Positions 15,456 to 23,823 are shown, counted from the first letter of the stretch. The stretch: 32,000 nucleotides of DNA from Dickeya dadantii NCPPB 898 (GCF_000406145.1 NZ_CM001976.1:1832061-1864060); one strand, 5' to 3'. Numbers and translations: made by a program. The notes: generated from the letters alone by a model not told the origin.

Positions 15456-15668
15456 ATGACAACTATCACGTATTGCAATGGTTTCCGTCTGAACGGCGAC
15501 CCGGCACACATCGCAGATATCGTGCCAATTTTTGAAGCGCGTCGCGAGGCTGCGCGCTCGGCGTGGGAGCAGTACGAACAGCGCAAGGCTGAGCTGTGCA
15601 GCGAAAACCTGACGCCCGATCAGTATCAAGACGCATGCCGGGCAATCGCTGAGGCGCTGGGGGTGTGA
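15456..15668 (+). CDS. Hypothetical protein (70 aa)
   Basis: ORF preceded by the exact CCGAGGCAAAACCAATG cassette. No family recognised. Confidence 0.55.
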   Translation: MTTITYCNGFRLNGDPAHIADIVPIFEARREAARSAWEQYEQRKAELCSENLTPDQYQDACRAIAEALGV

Positions 15669-15669
15669 C

Positions 15670-16497
15670 GTGAGTATGCAATTAATGGCAAAGGCCATGA
15701 GCTGCAAAGTAGGTAACCCGCTGCGAAAGCTGGTCCTGATTAAACTGGCAGATAACGCGAATGACAAAGGCGAGTGCTGGCCGTCATACCAGCACGTGGC
15801 CGATCAGTGCGAATGCAGCAAAAGCGCGGTGAAATCCCACATCACCGCATTGATAGATATGGGTTTTCTCTCTAAAGAAAACCGAATCGGCGAAAACAGC
15901 GGGAAGGGGAATAAATCGAACGTTTACTATCTCACGCTCGATAACCCTGTGGTGCCAGAAAGCACAGCCCCTGTGCCGTCAAAAAGCATAGGTATGTCAC
16001 CATGTGACCCACCTGTGGTGCCAGAAAGCACAGCCCCTGTGCCGTCAAAAAGCACCAGAACCTATCACTCTTCTGAACCAGTCAATGAACCAGTCATTGA
16101 ACCTAAAACACATGGTGCGCGAGACGGAAATTATTCAGAACAGTTTGAGTTGTGCTGGAAGGCTTATCCAAAACGTGAGGGATCAAACCCAAAAAACCAC
16201 GCATTCAAGCACTTTCAGGCCCGCGTCAAAGAAGGCGTAAGCCCTGATGACCTGCTGGCGGGCACTCGGCGTTACGCCGCGTTCTGCGCAGCAAAAGGGC
16301 AGGTTGGCACGCCGTATGTCATGCAAGCGCAGCGGTTTTACGGCACAAGCCGGGAGTTTGAAAACAGTTGGGAAGTATCGACCACTCCAGCACCAGCGCC
16401 GCGCCAGCAGAAACCAGCGGACACAACGCAAGACATGCTGGCCCGCCAGTATCAGGGCGGCGGAGTTAACTGGAAATTCAGAGGTGAATCGCGATGA
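15670..16497 (+). CDS. Replication initiator, N-terminal helix-turn-helix (O-like / HTH_36-type)
   Basis: N-terminus LRKLVLIKLADNANDKGECWPSYQHVADQCECSKSAVKSHITALIDMGFL is typical of phage replication HTH proteins. Contains internal iterons. Followed by DnaC-like and DnaB genes with overlapping stops and starts. Confidence 0.7.
   Translation: MSMQLMAKAMSCKVGNPLRKLVLIKLADNANDKGECWPSYQHVADQCECSKSAVKSHITALIDMGFLSKENRIGENSGKGNKSNVYYLTLDNPVVPESTAPVPSKSIGMSPCDPPVVPESTAPVPSKSTRTYHSSEPVNEPVIEPKTHGARDGNYSEQFELCWKAYPKREGSNPKNHAFKHFQARVKEGVSPDDLLAGTRRYAAFCAAKGQVGTPYVMQAQRFYGTSREFENSWEVSTTPAPAPRQQKPADTTQDMLARQYQGGGVNWKFRGESR
15946..16054. repeat. Two perfect 43-bp direct repeats (iterons; probable ori) inside the initiator gene
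   Basis: CCTGTGGTGCCAGAAAGCACAGCCCCTGTGCCGTCAAAAAGCA at 15946-15988 and 16012-16054. Each holds two CCTGTG sub-repeats. Followed by the tandem GAACCAGTCAATGAACCAGTCATTGAACC. Confidence 0.7.
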
Positions 16498-17099
16498 CAA
16501 CGACTACCGACGTTTCTGAAATCCTGGCTGCAGATTGTGGGGTGGGGCGCCGGTTTATTCGGTCAACCCTGCAGAATTTCACGCCCGTCAGTGAGCAGGC
16601 GGATGGCAACCTGGCTGTATGCCGACAGTTTGTCAGCGAGTGGGGTCAGATTTACGAAAACGGCTCCAGCCTGGTCATGAATGGCCGCCCCGGTACCGGG
16701 AAGACGCATCTAGCTGTCGCAATTATGCGCGCACTGATTGAGCAGCACGGCATAGACACGTACATGACGACGGCCCAGCGCATCATTCGCGCAATGCGCG
16801 ACTCGTGGCGACAGGGCAGCAACCGGACTGAATACGAAGTGCTGAGTTTTTATTGCGAAAAAGACCTGCTCGTCATTGACGAAGTCGGCATGCAACACGG
16901 TACGGACTCAGAGCGCCTGCTGGTATCCGAAGTAATTAATACTCGCTACGAACGCATGTTACCCAACATCCTGATCAGCAACTACACACGCGATGAAATG
17001 GACGGCTTCCTTGGTTACCGGGCGATGGACCGGGTGATGGAGAGCTCAGCTGTGCTGGTGTTTGACTGGGAAAGCTACAGGACGGGGCAACATGGCTGA
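16494..17099 (+). CDS. DnaC/IstB-like AAA+ helicase loader
   Basis: Walker A GRPGTGKTHLAVAI and Walker B LLVIDEVG. ATGA overlap with the upstream gene. Confidence 0.85.
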   Translation: MTTTTDVSEILAADCGVGRRFIRSTLQNFTPVSEQADGNLAVCRQFVSEWGQIYENGSSLVMNGRPGTGKTHLAVAIMRALIEQHGIDTYMTTAQRIIRAMRDSWRQGSNRTEYEVLSFYCEKDLLVIDEVGMQHGTDSERLLVSEVINTRYERMLPNILISNYTRDEMDGFLGYRAMDRVMESSAVLVFDWESYRTGQHG

Positions 17100-18510
17100 C
17101 ATGGCTGATTTTTTACCGCCGCATGATCTCAATGCTGAACAGGCCGTACTGGGCGGACTGATGCTCAACGATGACGAAGAGCGACGCGCCGCGGTAATGG
17201 CGATGCTCAAGCCGGAGTCGTTTTATTCACGGGCCCATGAGCGGATTTATCGCGGACTGCAGGCGCTGGCAAAAACAGACCGGCCAACTGACGCGGTCAC
17301 GCTGTCAGCTGAGCTGACGGCCAGCGGTGATATTGAGCTGGTGGGTGGATTCGGCTATCTCGTCGAAATATGCCGAGTGCCGGCCGCAGCAAACACCGCA
17401 GCATACGCGCGCATCGTTCGTGATAACGCAATAGCGCGATACACGCAGCGCCAGTTGATCGCGTGTACTGAAATTATCATGGCCAGCGGCGGTAAGCCGA
17501 TTGACGAAAAACTGGCGTCAATCCAGCAGATCATGGGGCAGATGTTTGAGCACGCATTCAACGGAAAGCGCGGCGGCCTACGCCCGTTCGCTGATGTGCT
17601 CGCTGAGTGGATAGACGAAGTTGATCGCAGATTCACCGACCCAAACGCTGGCGGGTTGACATTAGGATTTTCAGGGCTGGACGAAATCATGGCGCCGAAA
17701 TACGTCTCGCGCGGAGCGTTGGTTGTTATCGGGGCGCGCCCCAAAATGGGTAAAACTGCATTCTATAACCGGGTAGTCGGGCACTTTGCCCTGAATCATC
17801 AATTACCCACGCTGGCATTCTCGCTGGAAATGTCTGCAAAAAAAATTGTCGAGCGAATGGTTAGCCAGGAGGCGCGAGTTAAATCGGAGATTTTTTACGC
17901 CGGCACGAATGATGAGATGGAGATGGCTCGTGCAATGGCAAAAGCGGAGGAGCTAGCGGAAACAAACCTTATGATCGATGACACCCCAGCTGTATCCCTG
18001 GCTCACATCACTAACGAATGCCGACGGGTGAAGCGCCGGCGTGGCGCCATAGGGCTGATTGCCGTCGATTACCTGACCCTGATGAAAGGGGAGCAAGCGG
18101 AGCGGCGCGATATCAGCTACGGCGAAATCACGAAGGGGTTGAAGTCGCTGGCGAAAGAATTGGACTGCGTTGTACTACTGCTGACCCAGCTTAACCGAGC
18201 GCTTGAGCAGCGAGTAGACAAGCGGCCACTGCCGTCAGACAGTCGCGATACTGGGCAAATCGAGCAGGACTGTGATGTATGGGTCGGGCTGTATCGCGAC
18301 GCAGTTTATAACGAAAACGCCGACCCCCAGCTGACAGAATTGATATTACGGATGAACCGCGAAGGTCCGTCAGGAACGGCATACACGCTACTGCGAGACA
18401 GCTATTTCGTGGACACAACACCGGAGGATATAGCGCAGAAAAAATCGCAATCAGCAGCACCGCAGCACGAGCGGCGGTACAGAAAAAAAGAACCGATTCA
18501 ACCGTTTTAA
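17092..18510 (+). CDS. Replicative DNA helicase, DnaB family
   Basis: N-terminal PPHDLNAEQAVLGGLM, Walker A GARPKMGKTAF, and DYLTLM and LLTQLNR motifs. Start set at ATG 17092 (MADMADF), which overlaps the loader stop (ATGGCTGA). Confidence 0.9.
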   Translation: MADMADFLPPHDLNAEQAVLGGLMLNDDEERRAAVMAMLKPESFYSRAHERIYRGLQALAKTDRPTDAVTLSAELTASGDIELVGGFGYLVEICRVPAAANTAAYARIVRDNAIARYTQRQLIACTEIIMASGGKPIDEKLASIQQIMGQMFEHAFNGKRGGLRPFADVLAEWIDEVDRRFTDPNAGGLTLGFSGLDEIMAPKYVSRGALVVIGARPKMGKTAFYNRVVGHFALNHQLPTLAFSLEMSAKKIVERMVSQEARVKSEIFYAGTNDEMEMARAMAKAEELAETNLMIDDTPAVSLAHITNECRRVKRRRGAIGLIAVDYLTLMKGEQAERRDISYGEITKGLKSLAKELDCVVLLLTQLNRALEQRVDKRPLPSDSRDTGQIEQDCDVWVGLYRDAVYNENADPQLTELILRMNREGPSGTAYTLLRDSYFVDTTPEDIAQKKSQSAAPQHERRYRKKEPIQPF

Positions 18511-18557
18511 ATTTAAACCGCGCCTGACCAGCGCCAAACAAAAAAAGAGGCAAAACC

Positions 18558-19037
18558 ATGACTACTCAAACTGATGTTGTATTCGCAAAACACGCCGGCA
18601 TGATAGATGACGGCTGCGACCATACCGTCGTCTTTCTCTGGGAAATGAATCAGCGGGCCCGCGCCGTCAGCCGATCGGTATACATTCCACGTCCACAACC
18701 GATCCCCGTCGTCAAGCCGCGCGAGCTGGCCGCAAGGAAGCCGGCGCGCCGCCAGGCCGAATCAACGCAGTACCGCTACGCCAATACGCTGCCGCTGGAG
18801 TCCCTAATTGCCGTCATGACTGGTCGCTGGCTCAGCAGCCAATCAATTATGAGCATCATCAAAAACGAATATCCGCAGCACACTATCAGCCCTCGTGCGC
18901 TGGCCGTCCGCATCAGCTCAATGATGAAGAGCCCCAGCGTCGACATCGAGAGTCGGGATATCAGCGTAACCGAGTATCGGCTGAATAGCGTCGACCCGGC
19001 ATATCTCGAACGTTCAAAACGTGGCAGTGGAAAATGA
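18558..19037 (+). CDS. Hypothetical protein (159 aa)
   Basis: ORF preceded by GAGGCAAAACCATG, a cassette variant. No family recognised. Confidence 0.55.
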   Translation: MTTQTDVVFAKHAGMIDDGCDHTVVFLWEMNQRARAVSRSVYIPRPQPIPVVKPRELAARKPARRQAESTQYRYANTLPLESLIAVMTGRWLSSQSIMSIIKNEYPQHTISPRALAVRISSMMKSPSVDIESRDISVTEYRLNSVDPAYLERSKRGSGK

Positions 19038-19270
19038 CGCGGCAGTCCGACTACCTACCCAGCGGACTGCCGCACAATCGCGGGCTCTGGCCTCAAGAAT
19101 ACAGAGAAATGGAGTGGCTGGACCTGCGGGCCAACCAGCTTATTCACGCTCTGATTGACGGCAAGACCGACCGCCATCTGGTCGAAGCGGAGATAAGCCG
19201 CACGGCGGAACAGCATCAGGAACACTTTAAACGCCGCCTAAATTACTGGCGGGAATATCTCAAGAAATAA
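19034..19270 (+). CDS. Hypothetical protein (78 aa)
   Basis: ATGA-coupled to the upstream ORF. No family recognised. Confidence 0.5.
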   Translation: MTRQSDYLPSGLPHNRGLWPQEYREMEWLDLRANQLIHALIDGKTDRHLVEAEISRTAEQHQEHFKRRLNYWREYLKK

Positions 19271-19281
19271 GGCAAAACCAA

Positions 19282-20481
19282 ATGACAGAACTGACGAAAG
19301 AGGCGCTGACCGACGCCATTAGATCCGCAGCAGTCAAGGCGGCATCAACCGATGAACGCCGGGTACTGAATTACGCTGCGGGTGAAATTGAGCGGCAGGG
19401 TAATGAAATTGAACGCTTGAAATCCGATATGCGGGAACTTACTGAGGCGATGAATCGCGCCCGGCGTACAGCGAAAGAACTGGGTGAAGAAAATCACTCA
19501 TTACGCAATCCGGCATCGACAGAAAAAATCACCGCTCAGCTGGAAGGGCTGAAATACACGCGCGCCGAACCCAATGGCTGGACATGTAAAACGCTCGCTC
19601 ATGGGCGCGTTACCGACGATGTGGCCGAGTCGTGGAACGGCGCAATCGATGCGACAATTCTGACTATCGCAGATTGGGATGCGCTGCGTCATGCGCAGCA
19701 AGAGCCGATCATAACGGATAGCGAGCTTGCCAGCGGCCCACGCGGTCAGATTTTCATCAGAAAGCCAACACCATCACCAGAGGTGCCGGAAGAAACTGGT
19801 TCATCCTTGCAGTTGCGCAATCTCATCCGTCAGCGCCATGCGGCGTGGTCACAGGCTACGTTCGGTGATGTTGGTCCTGTTGGCCCGCTAAGACATCTCA
19901 GCAAAGAAGCACTGGAAGCAGCGGCGGAGCCTGAAGACCTCAGCGAGTGGGCTGATATGCAGTTCCTGCTCTGGGATGCCCAGCGCCGTGCCGGTATCTG
20001 CGATGGTGAAATCACAGCAGCGATGGAAGAAAAGCTGAAGGTGAATATGGCGCGTCAGTGGCCCGAGCCAAAAGATGGCGAGCCGCGTCTGCACATTAAG
20101 GAGGCTGGCGCTGACCATTCCGAGCACCCGATCGAATTGGTCGAAATACCAGTGGAGCGTGACGAAAGCGGCTACTGGTCGCACCCTGCGTGGAGTGCGC
20201 TTTTCGGCGAACGTGAGGGTATGCCGCGAGACGAACTGAACGCACTGCTGGCGTCAAAAAACCTCGAATGCACATATATCGAACTGGAATGCAATTACTC
20301 GACCGAAAGCGAAGGGGTGGCCTACCGCTATTTTGAGAATGGCGACACGAATATCAGCGACTGGAACCCAGCACCGCCGGAAGGTGATGGATGGTTCATC
20401 GTGTCTATTCACGAAACGGACGATGGCCCTGTTTGTTGGTGGGTTCGGCCAATTCCCCAGATTGAAGGGGATAAGGCATGA
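19282..20481 (+). CDS. DUF550 (MazG-like dATP/dGTP pyrophosphohydrolase-type) domain protein with coiled-coil N-terminus
   Basis: Central RQRHAAWSQATFGDVGPVGPLRHLSKEALEAAAEPEDLSEWADMQFLLWDAQRRAG resembles remembered DUF550 phage proteins. Cassette variant AAGGCAAAACCAAATG upstream. Confidence 0.5.
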   Translation: MTELTKEALTDAIRSAAVKAASTDERRVLNYAAGEIERQGNEIERLKSDMRELTEAMNRARRTAKELGEENHSLRNPASTEKITAQLEGLKYTRAEPNGWTCKTLAHGRVTDDVAESWNGAIDATILTIADWDALRHAQQEPIITDSELASGPRGQIFIRKPTPSPEVPEETGSSLQLRNLIRQRHAAWSQATFGDVGPVGPLRHLSKEALEAAAEPEDLSEWADMQFLLWDAQRRAGICDGEITAAMEEKLKVNMARQWPEPKDGEPRLHIKEAGADHSEHPIELVEIPVERDESGYWSHPAWSALFGEREGMPRDELNALLASKNLECTYIELECNYSTESEGVAYRYFENGDTNISDWNPAPPEGDGWFIVSIHETDDGPVCWWVRPIPQIEGDKA

Positions 20482-22649
20482 GTATTTGGCCCACCGAGGT
20501 TTTGCAGTGCGCATCATCAGTGATCCCCGCACACCCAATGAACAATGAGCGCCGCGAGGCGCTCCTATCTCACATGAATGCAATGTTTTTGCGTCGCGAA
20601 AACCCCGCCGACATTCAGCGCACGGCCCACATGCTGGCGCGCCGTCAGCAGATAGAGGGTGCTCGCCCGGATGCAGATAACGGGCTGGTCGTCGTTGGGT
20701 TTGCTGGCGGTGGCGGTAGTTGTGAGGGCATTAAGCAGGCGCTGGGATTCGAGCCGCACATAGCGATGAATCACAACCCGGTCGCAATGGCTATGCACGC
20801 GATGAATCACCCGCGTACGCTGCATTATCCTGAAGATATTTTCAGCGTTGACCCGATTGTTTCCACCGGCGGCCTGCCTGTGCTTTTGGGGTGGTTTTCC
20901 CCGGATTGCCGCCACTTCTCAAAAGCAAAGGGCGGCACGCCTGTCAAAAAAGAGATTCGGGGATTGGCCTGGGTAGTTCTGCGCTGGGCGCTGGCCGTGC
21001 GCCCGCGCGTGCTGATGATGGAGAATGTGGAGGAATTCCGGGGCTGGGGGCCACTGGTCGCTGACAGAAAGGGGCATTTATACCCAGACCCAGCGCGCGC
21101 CGGCGAGACATTTCAAGGATTCATCGGGATGCTCAGCACCGGCGTCCCTCGCGACCACCCGGCGATTGATGAGGCGTGTGAATTTCTGAAAATCCCGCGT
21201 GACGGCGATGAGGTGAAGAGACTGATCGCCGGGTTGGGGTACAACGTAGCTCACAAAGAGCTACGCGCATCTGATCACGACACGCCGACAATCAGAAAAC
21301 GCCTTTTTGTTGTCGCTCGCCGCGACGGTAAGCCGGTTCAGTGGCCGGAGCCGACGCACGGCGACCCGGTGACAGCGTCAGTGATTAATGGGTTGCTCAA
21401 ACCGTGGCGCACCGCGGCGGAATGCATAGACTGGAGCATTCCAACGAGAAGCATTTTTGGCCGAAAGAAAGACCTGGCTGACAATACATTGCGGCGCATT
21501 GTCCGCGGGCTGCAGCGATTTGTTATCGACAACCCTACCCCGTATATCGTGCGGATTGGGCAAACGGGGTTCGGCGGAAACGGCATGCAATATTCCTGCG
21601 ATCAGCCGTTAACAACGATCACAAGCAAGGCCGAGCATTGCCTGATTGAGCCGTTTGTCGTCAAAGCAAATCACACCAGCACAAAAACAAAATACGACTG
21701 TTTTAGGGGCCGATCGATGCGCCGGCCACTGCAGACAATCACGAAAACACATGGGTTTTCCGTGGGCGCGCCGGTGGTTGTCCGCCAGTTCGGTAACAGC
21801 AACGCCCAGCGCCCAGATCACCCCGTCGGTACAATCATGCCGGGTGGTGGCGGTAAAACGCAGGTGGCATCTGCTGTTCTTGTGGGTGCTGGCGGCCCGG
21901 CATACTCTGGCAAGCCGCGAGATATCAACTCTCCGGCAATCACGCTGACCACCGAATCACATACCGCGCTGGTTTCGGCAAACCTGATCAAGCACTACGG
22001 CGGCAATTATTCGGGCGCCGGAGTTGAGGTGGATGAGCCGCTACACACGATCACCACCACCGATCACCACGCCCTAATGACTTCACACCTGGTGAAACTG
22101 AGGGGGACATGCCGTGACGGGCAGGCCATCGATGAGCCAATGCCGACAGTAACGGCCGGCGGAAACCACGTTGGTGAGGTGCGCGCCTTTCTGACCAAAT
22201 ACTATGGAAACGAGAGGGACGGGGTCGCCGTTGATGATCCGATGCACACCATCCCGACACGGGACCGGTTTGGTTTGACGTCGGTTCAATGTGAGCCCGA
22301 GCCATTAACTGATGATCAGCGATACGGTGCATGGTGGTGCGCCAGGCTGTTCGATAAATTCAGCGATACCAATGACGACTCAGATTTGTTTCCAGCACCA
22401 CGTCAGCAGTATCTGTCTGTCGGAGAATGCGTCATTGTCGACATCTGCATGCGCATGCTGGAACCCCGCGAGTTGTACACCGCTAACGGGTTTCCGCCGG
22501 ACTACATCATCGACAGAGACGCAGATGGTAACGTCATATCGAAAGCGGACCAGGTAGCACACTGCGGCAATGTCGTATGCCCGCCCGTCGCCAGGGCACT
22601 GGTGTATGCAAATTTGCCGGAATACTGCATTGGGGAGATGGCAGCATGA
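20478..22649 (+). CDS. DNA (cytosine-5) methyltransferase, large phage type with a repeated variable region
   Basis: Motif I VVVGFAGGGGS; motif IV SPDCRHFS (catalytic Cys); motif VI MMENVEEF; motif VIII TIRKRLFVVARR; motif X GNVVCPPVARAL. The exact start is uncertain (alternative Met at 20538). Confidence 0.85.
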   Translation: MSIWPTEVLQCASSVIPAHPMNNERREALLSHMNAMFLRRENPADIQRTAHMLARRQQIEGARPDADNGLVVVGFAGGGGSCEGIKQALGFEPHIAMNHNPVAMAMHAMNHPRTLHYPEDIFSVDPIVSTGGLPVLLGWFSPDCRHFSKAKGGTPVKKEIRGLAWVVLRWALAVRPRVLMMENVEEFRGWGPLVADRKGHLYPDPARAGETFQGFIGMLSTGVPRDHPAIDEACEFLKIPRDGDEVKRLIAGLGYNVAHKELRASDHDTPTIRKRLFVVARRDGKPVQWPEPTHGDPVTASVINGLLKPWRTAAECIDWSIPTRSIFGRKKDLADNTLRRIVRGLQRFVIDNPTPYIVRIGQTGFGGNGMQYSCDQPLTTITSKAEHCLIEPFVVKANHTSTKTKYDCFRGRSMRRPLQTITKTHGFSVGAPVVVRQFGNSNAQRPDHPVGTIMPGGGGKTQVASAVLVGAGGPAYSGKPRDINSPAITLTTESHTALVSANLIKHYGGNYSGAGVEVDEPLHTITTTDHHALMTSHLVKLRGTCRDGQAIDEPMPTVTAGGNHVGEVRAFLTKYYGNERDGVAVDDPMHTIPTRDRFGLTSVQCEPEPLTDDQRYGAWWCARLFDKFSDTNDDSDLFPAPRQQYLSVGECVIVDICMRMLEPRELYTANGFPPDYIIDRDADGNVISKADQVAHCGNVVCPPVARALVYANLPEYCIGEMAA

Positions 22650-22777
22650 ATGATACACGTGAGCGGGCTGCGACCCGCTGCCGGTTGCCAACTGCTGCCT
22701 ACAAGGCGATCTGGCGTGCTGGGTTACACTAGGATGGCACGACATCAAGCTAACCGTGTAAATCCACAGGTAAAGAG

Positions 22778-22806
22778 AAAAAGGAGCTTAAACGCTCCTT
22801 TTTTAT
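22778..22806. terminator. Strong bidirectional intrinsic terminator after the methyltransferase gene
   Basis: AAAAAGGAGC-TTAAAC-GCTCCTTTTTT: 7-10 bp stem with a T-run on the plus strand and an equivalent U-run on the minus strand. Confidence 0.8.
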
Positions 22807-22933
22807 TGCAAAAACTCATTATCAACAGAATTAATAAAAAACATAAATGTTTTTATGCAATTTTGTATAATAACATAAGTAATTATACGGATATGATAGA
22901 AGTTGTTAAGTTTGGTTCAAGTATTCCAAGTGG

Positions 22934-22953
22934 TACTGTTTTTATATACAGTA
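22934..22953. promoter_or_regulatory. LexA (SOS) box
   Basis: TACTGTTTTTATATACAGTA matches the TACTG(TA)5CAGTA consensus at 18 of 20 positions, with both CTGT/ACAG arms and both TA flanks perfect. Overlaps a TATAAA -10-like element (22952-22957). Confidence 0.8.
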
Positions 22954-22959
22954 TAAATA

Positions 22960-23175
22960 ATGTGGGTCGTGAGTGGGGGTTTAGTGTCTGACATCGAGTC
23001 TGTAGCTGAGGGGCTCCCAGACGGCAGAGCGCTAATAACGATAGAACAGGGAAAGATAGTTAGCGTTAGAATAGTTGATGATAATGAACATGTGGCGAGC
23101 CTTGCGGCGCTACTCGACATTGCAAAACTTGCTGGATGTGTAATTGTAAACTCTGGGAACAAGCCGTATAATTAA
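22960..23175 (+). CDS. Small moron-like protein, candidate SOS-controlled antirepressor (63-71 aa)
   Basis: ORF immediately downstream of the LexA box, in a visibly AT-richer island. The more likely start is GTG 22984 (GGGGG, 4 nt, GTG), giving VSDIESVAEGLPDGRALITIEQGKIVSV... No family recognised. Confidence 0.5.
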   Translation: MWVVSGGLVSDIESVAEGLPDGRALITIEQGKIVSVRIVDDNEHVASLAALLDIAKLAGCVIVNSGNKPYN

Positions 23176-23229
23176 TGTGCCGGATTGAACACCCGGCAAC
23201 CCAAATTACTGCGCTATCGAGAGGATAAG

Positions 23230-23823
23230 ATGGCGCAGTTATCATTAGTAAAATCTCCGGGCGGGATACTGGTTCCGTCCACACCTGACACCCGCGACTA
23301 TCTGAACCGGCTCTCTGTCGGCGCAGTAATTTGTTGCGAGTTTAAAAAGGCCCGCAACCCCGCATTTCACCGAAAATATTTCTCCCTACTGGGTCTTGGT
23401 TTTGATTACTGGGAACCGGTAGGCGGGGCCATATCTCAATCCGAGCGCGATTTCGTTCGTGGATTCGTGCGTTATCTCGCCAGCTACGCTGGCGCAGAAG
23501 ATGCAATAAGCGCTGTCGCTGACGAGTATATCGAAACCACGGGCCGCCAGCGCGCCGCCAATATCTCCGCCACAAAATCATTTGACGCATTCCGCCGCTG
23601 GGTAACAGTCGAGGCCGGACATTACGACGCCTACATCATGCCAGACGGCAGCATTCAGAAAGAGGCGCGCTCAGTCTCATTTGCAAAAATGGATGACCTG
23701 GAATTTAACGATCTGTACCGGGCCACGCTAGACGTGCTCTGGAATTTCATCCTGCGCCGATCATTCCCCACCCTGCAGTCAGCAGAAAACGCGGCCGCGC
23801 AGCTGCTGGAGTATGCAGCATGA
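23230..23823 (+). CDS. DUF1367-like nin-region protein
   Basis: MAQLSLVKSPGGILVPSTPDTRDYLNRL...NPAFHRKYFSLL resembles remembered DUF1367 proteins of lambdoid nin regions. GAGGA RBS before ATG 23230. Confidence 0.55.
   Translation: MAQLSLVKSPGGILVPSTPDTRDYLNRLSVGAVICCEFKKARNPAFHRKYFSLLGLGFDYWEPVGGAISQSERDFVRGFVRYLASYAGAEDAISAVADEYIETTGRQRAANISATKSFDAFRRWVTVEAGHYDAYIMPDGSIQKEARSVSFAKMDDLEFNDLYRATLDVLWNFILRRSFPTLQSAENAAAQLLEYAA

Noticed and set aside
16615-16630. Additional LexA-like sites (CTGTATGCCGACAG at 16615; CTGTATCGCGACGCAG near 18290)
   Set aside because: The first has the wrong spacing (N6). The second has a degenerate right arm (GCAG). Both lie inside coding sequence with no promoter context.
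17355-22748. Antisense ORFs inside dnaB, the DUF550 gene and the methyltransferase (e.g. 17355..17744, 19888..20184, 20565..20915, 22380..22748)
   Set aside because: They are fully nested opposite strongly supported genes and have no start context or recognisable motifs.
22650-22991. ORF 22650..22991 (+), 113 aa, and antisense ORF 22917..23162 (-)
   Set aside because: The first reads through a GC hairpin, the strong bidirectional terminator and the AT-rich promoter region. The second is antisense to the small LexA-box gene. Neither has an RBS.
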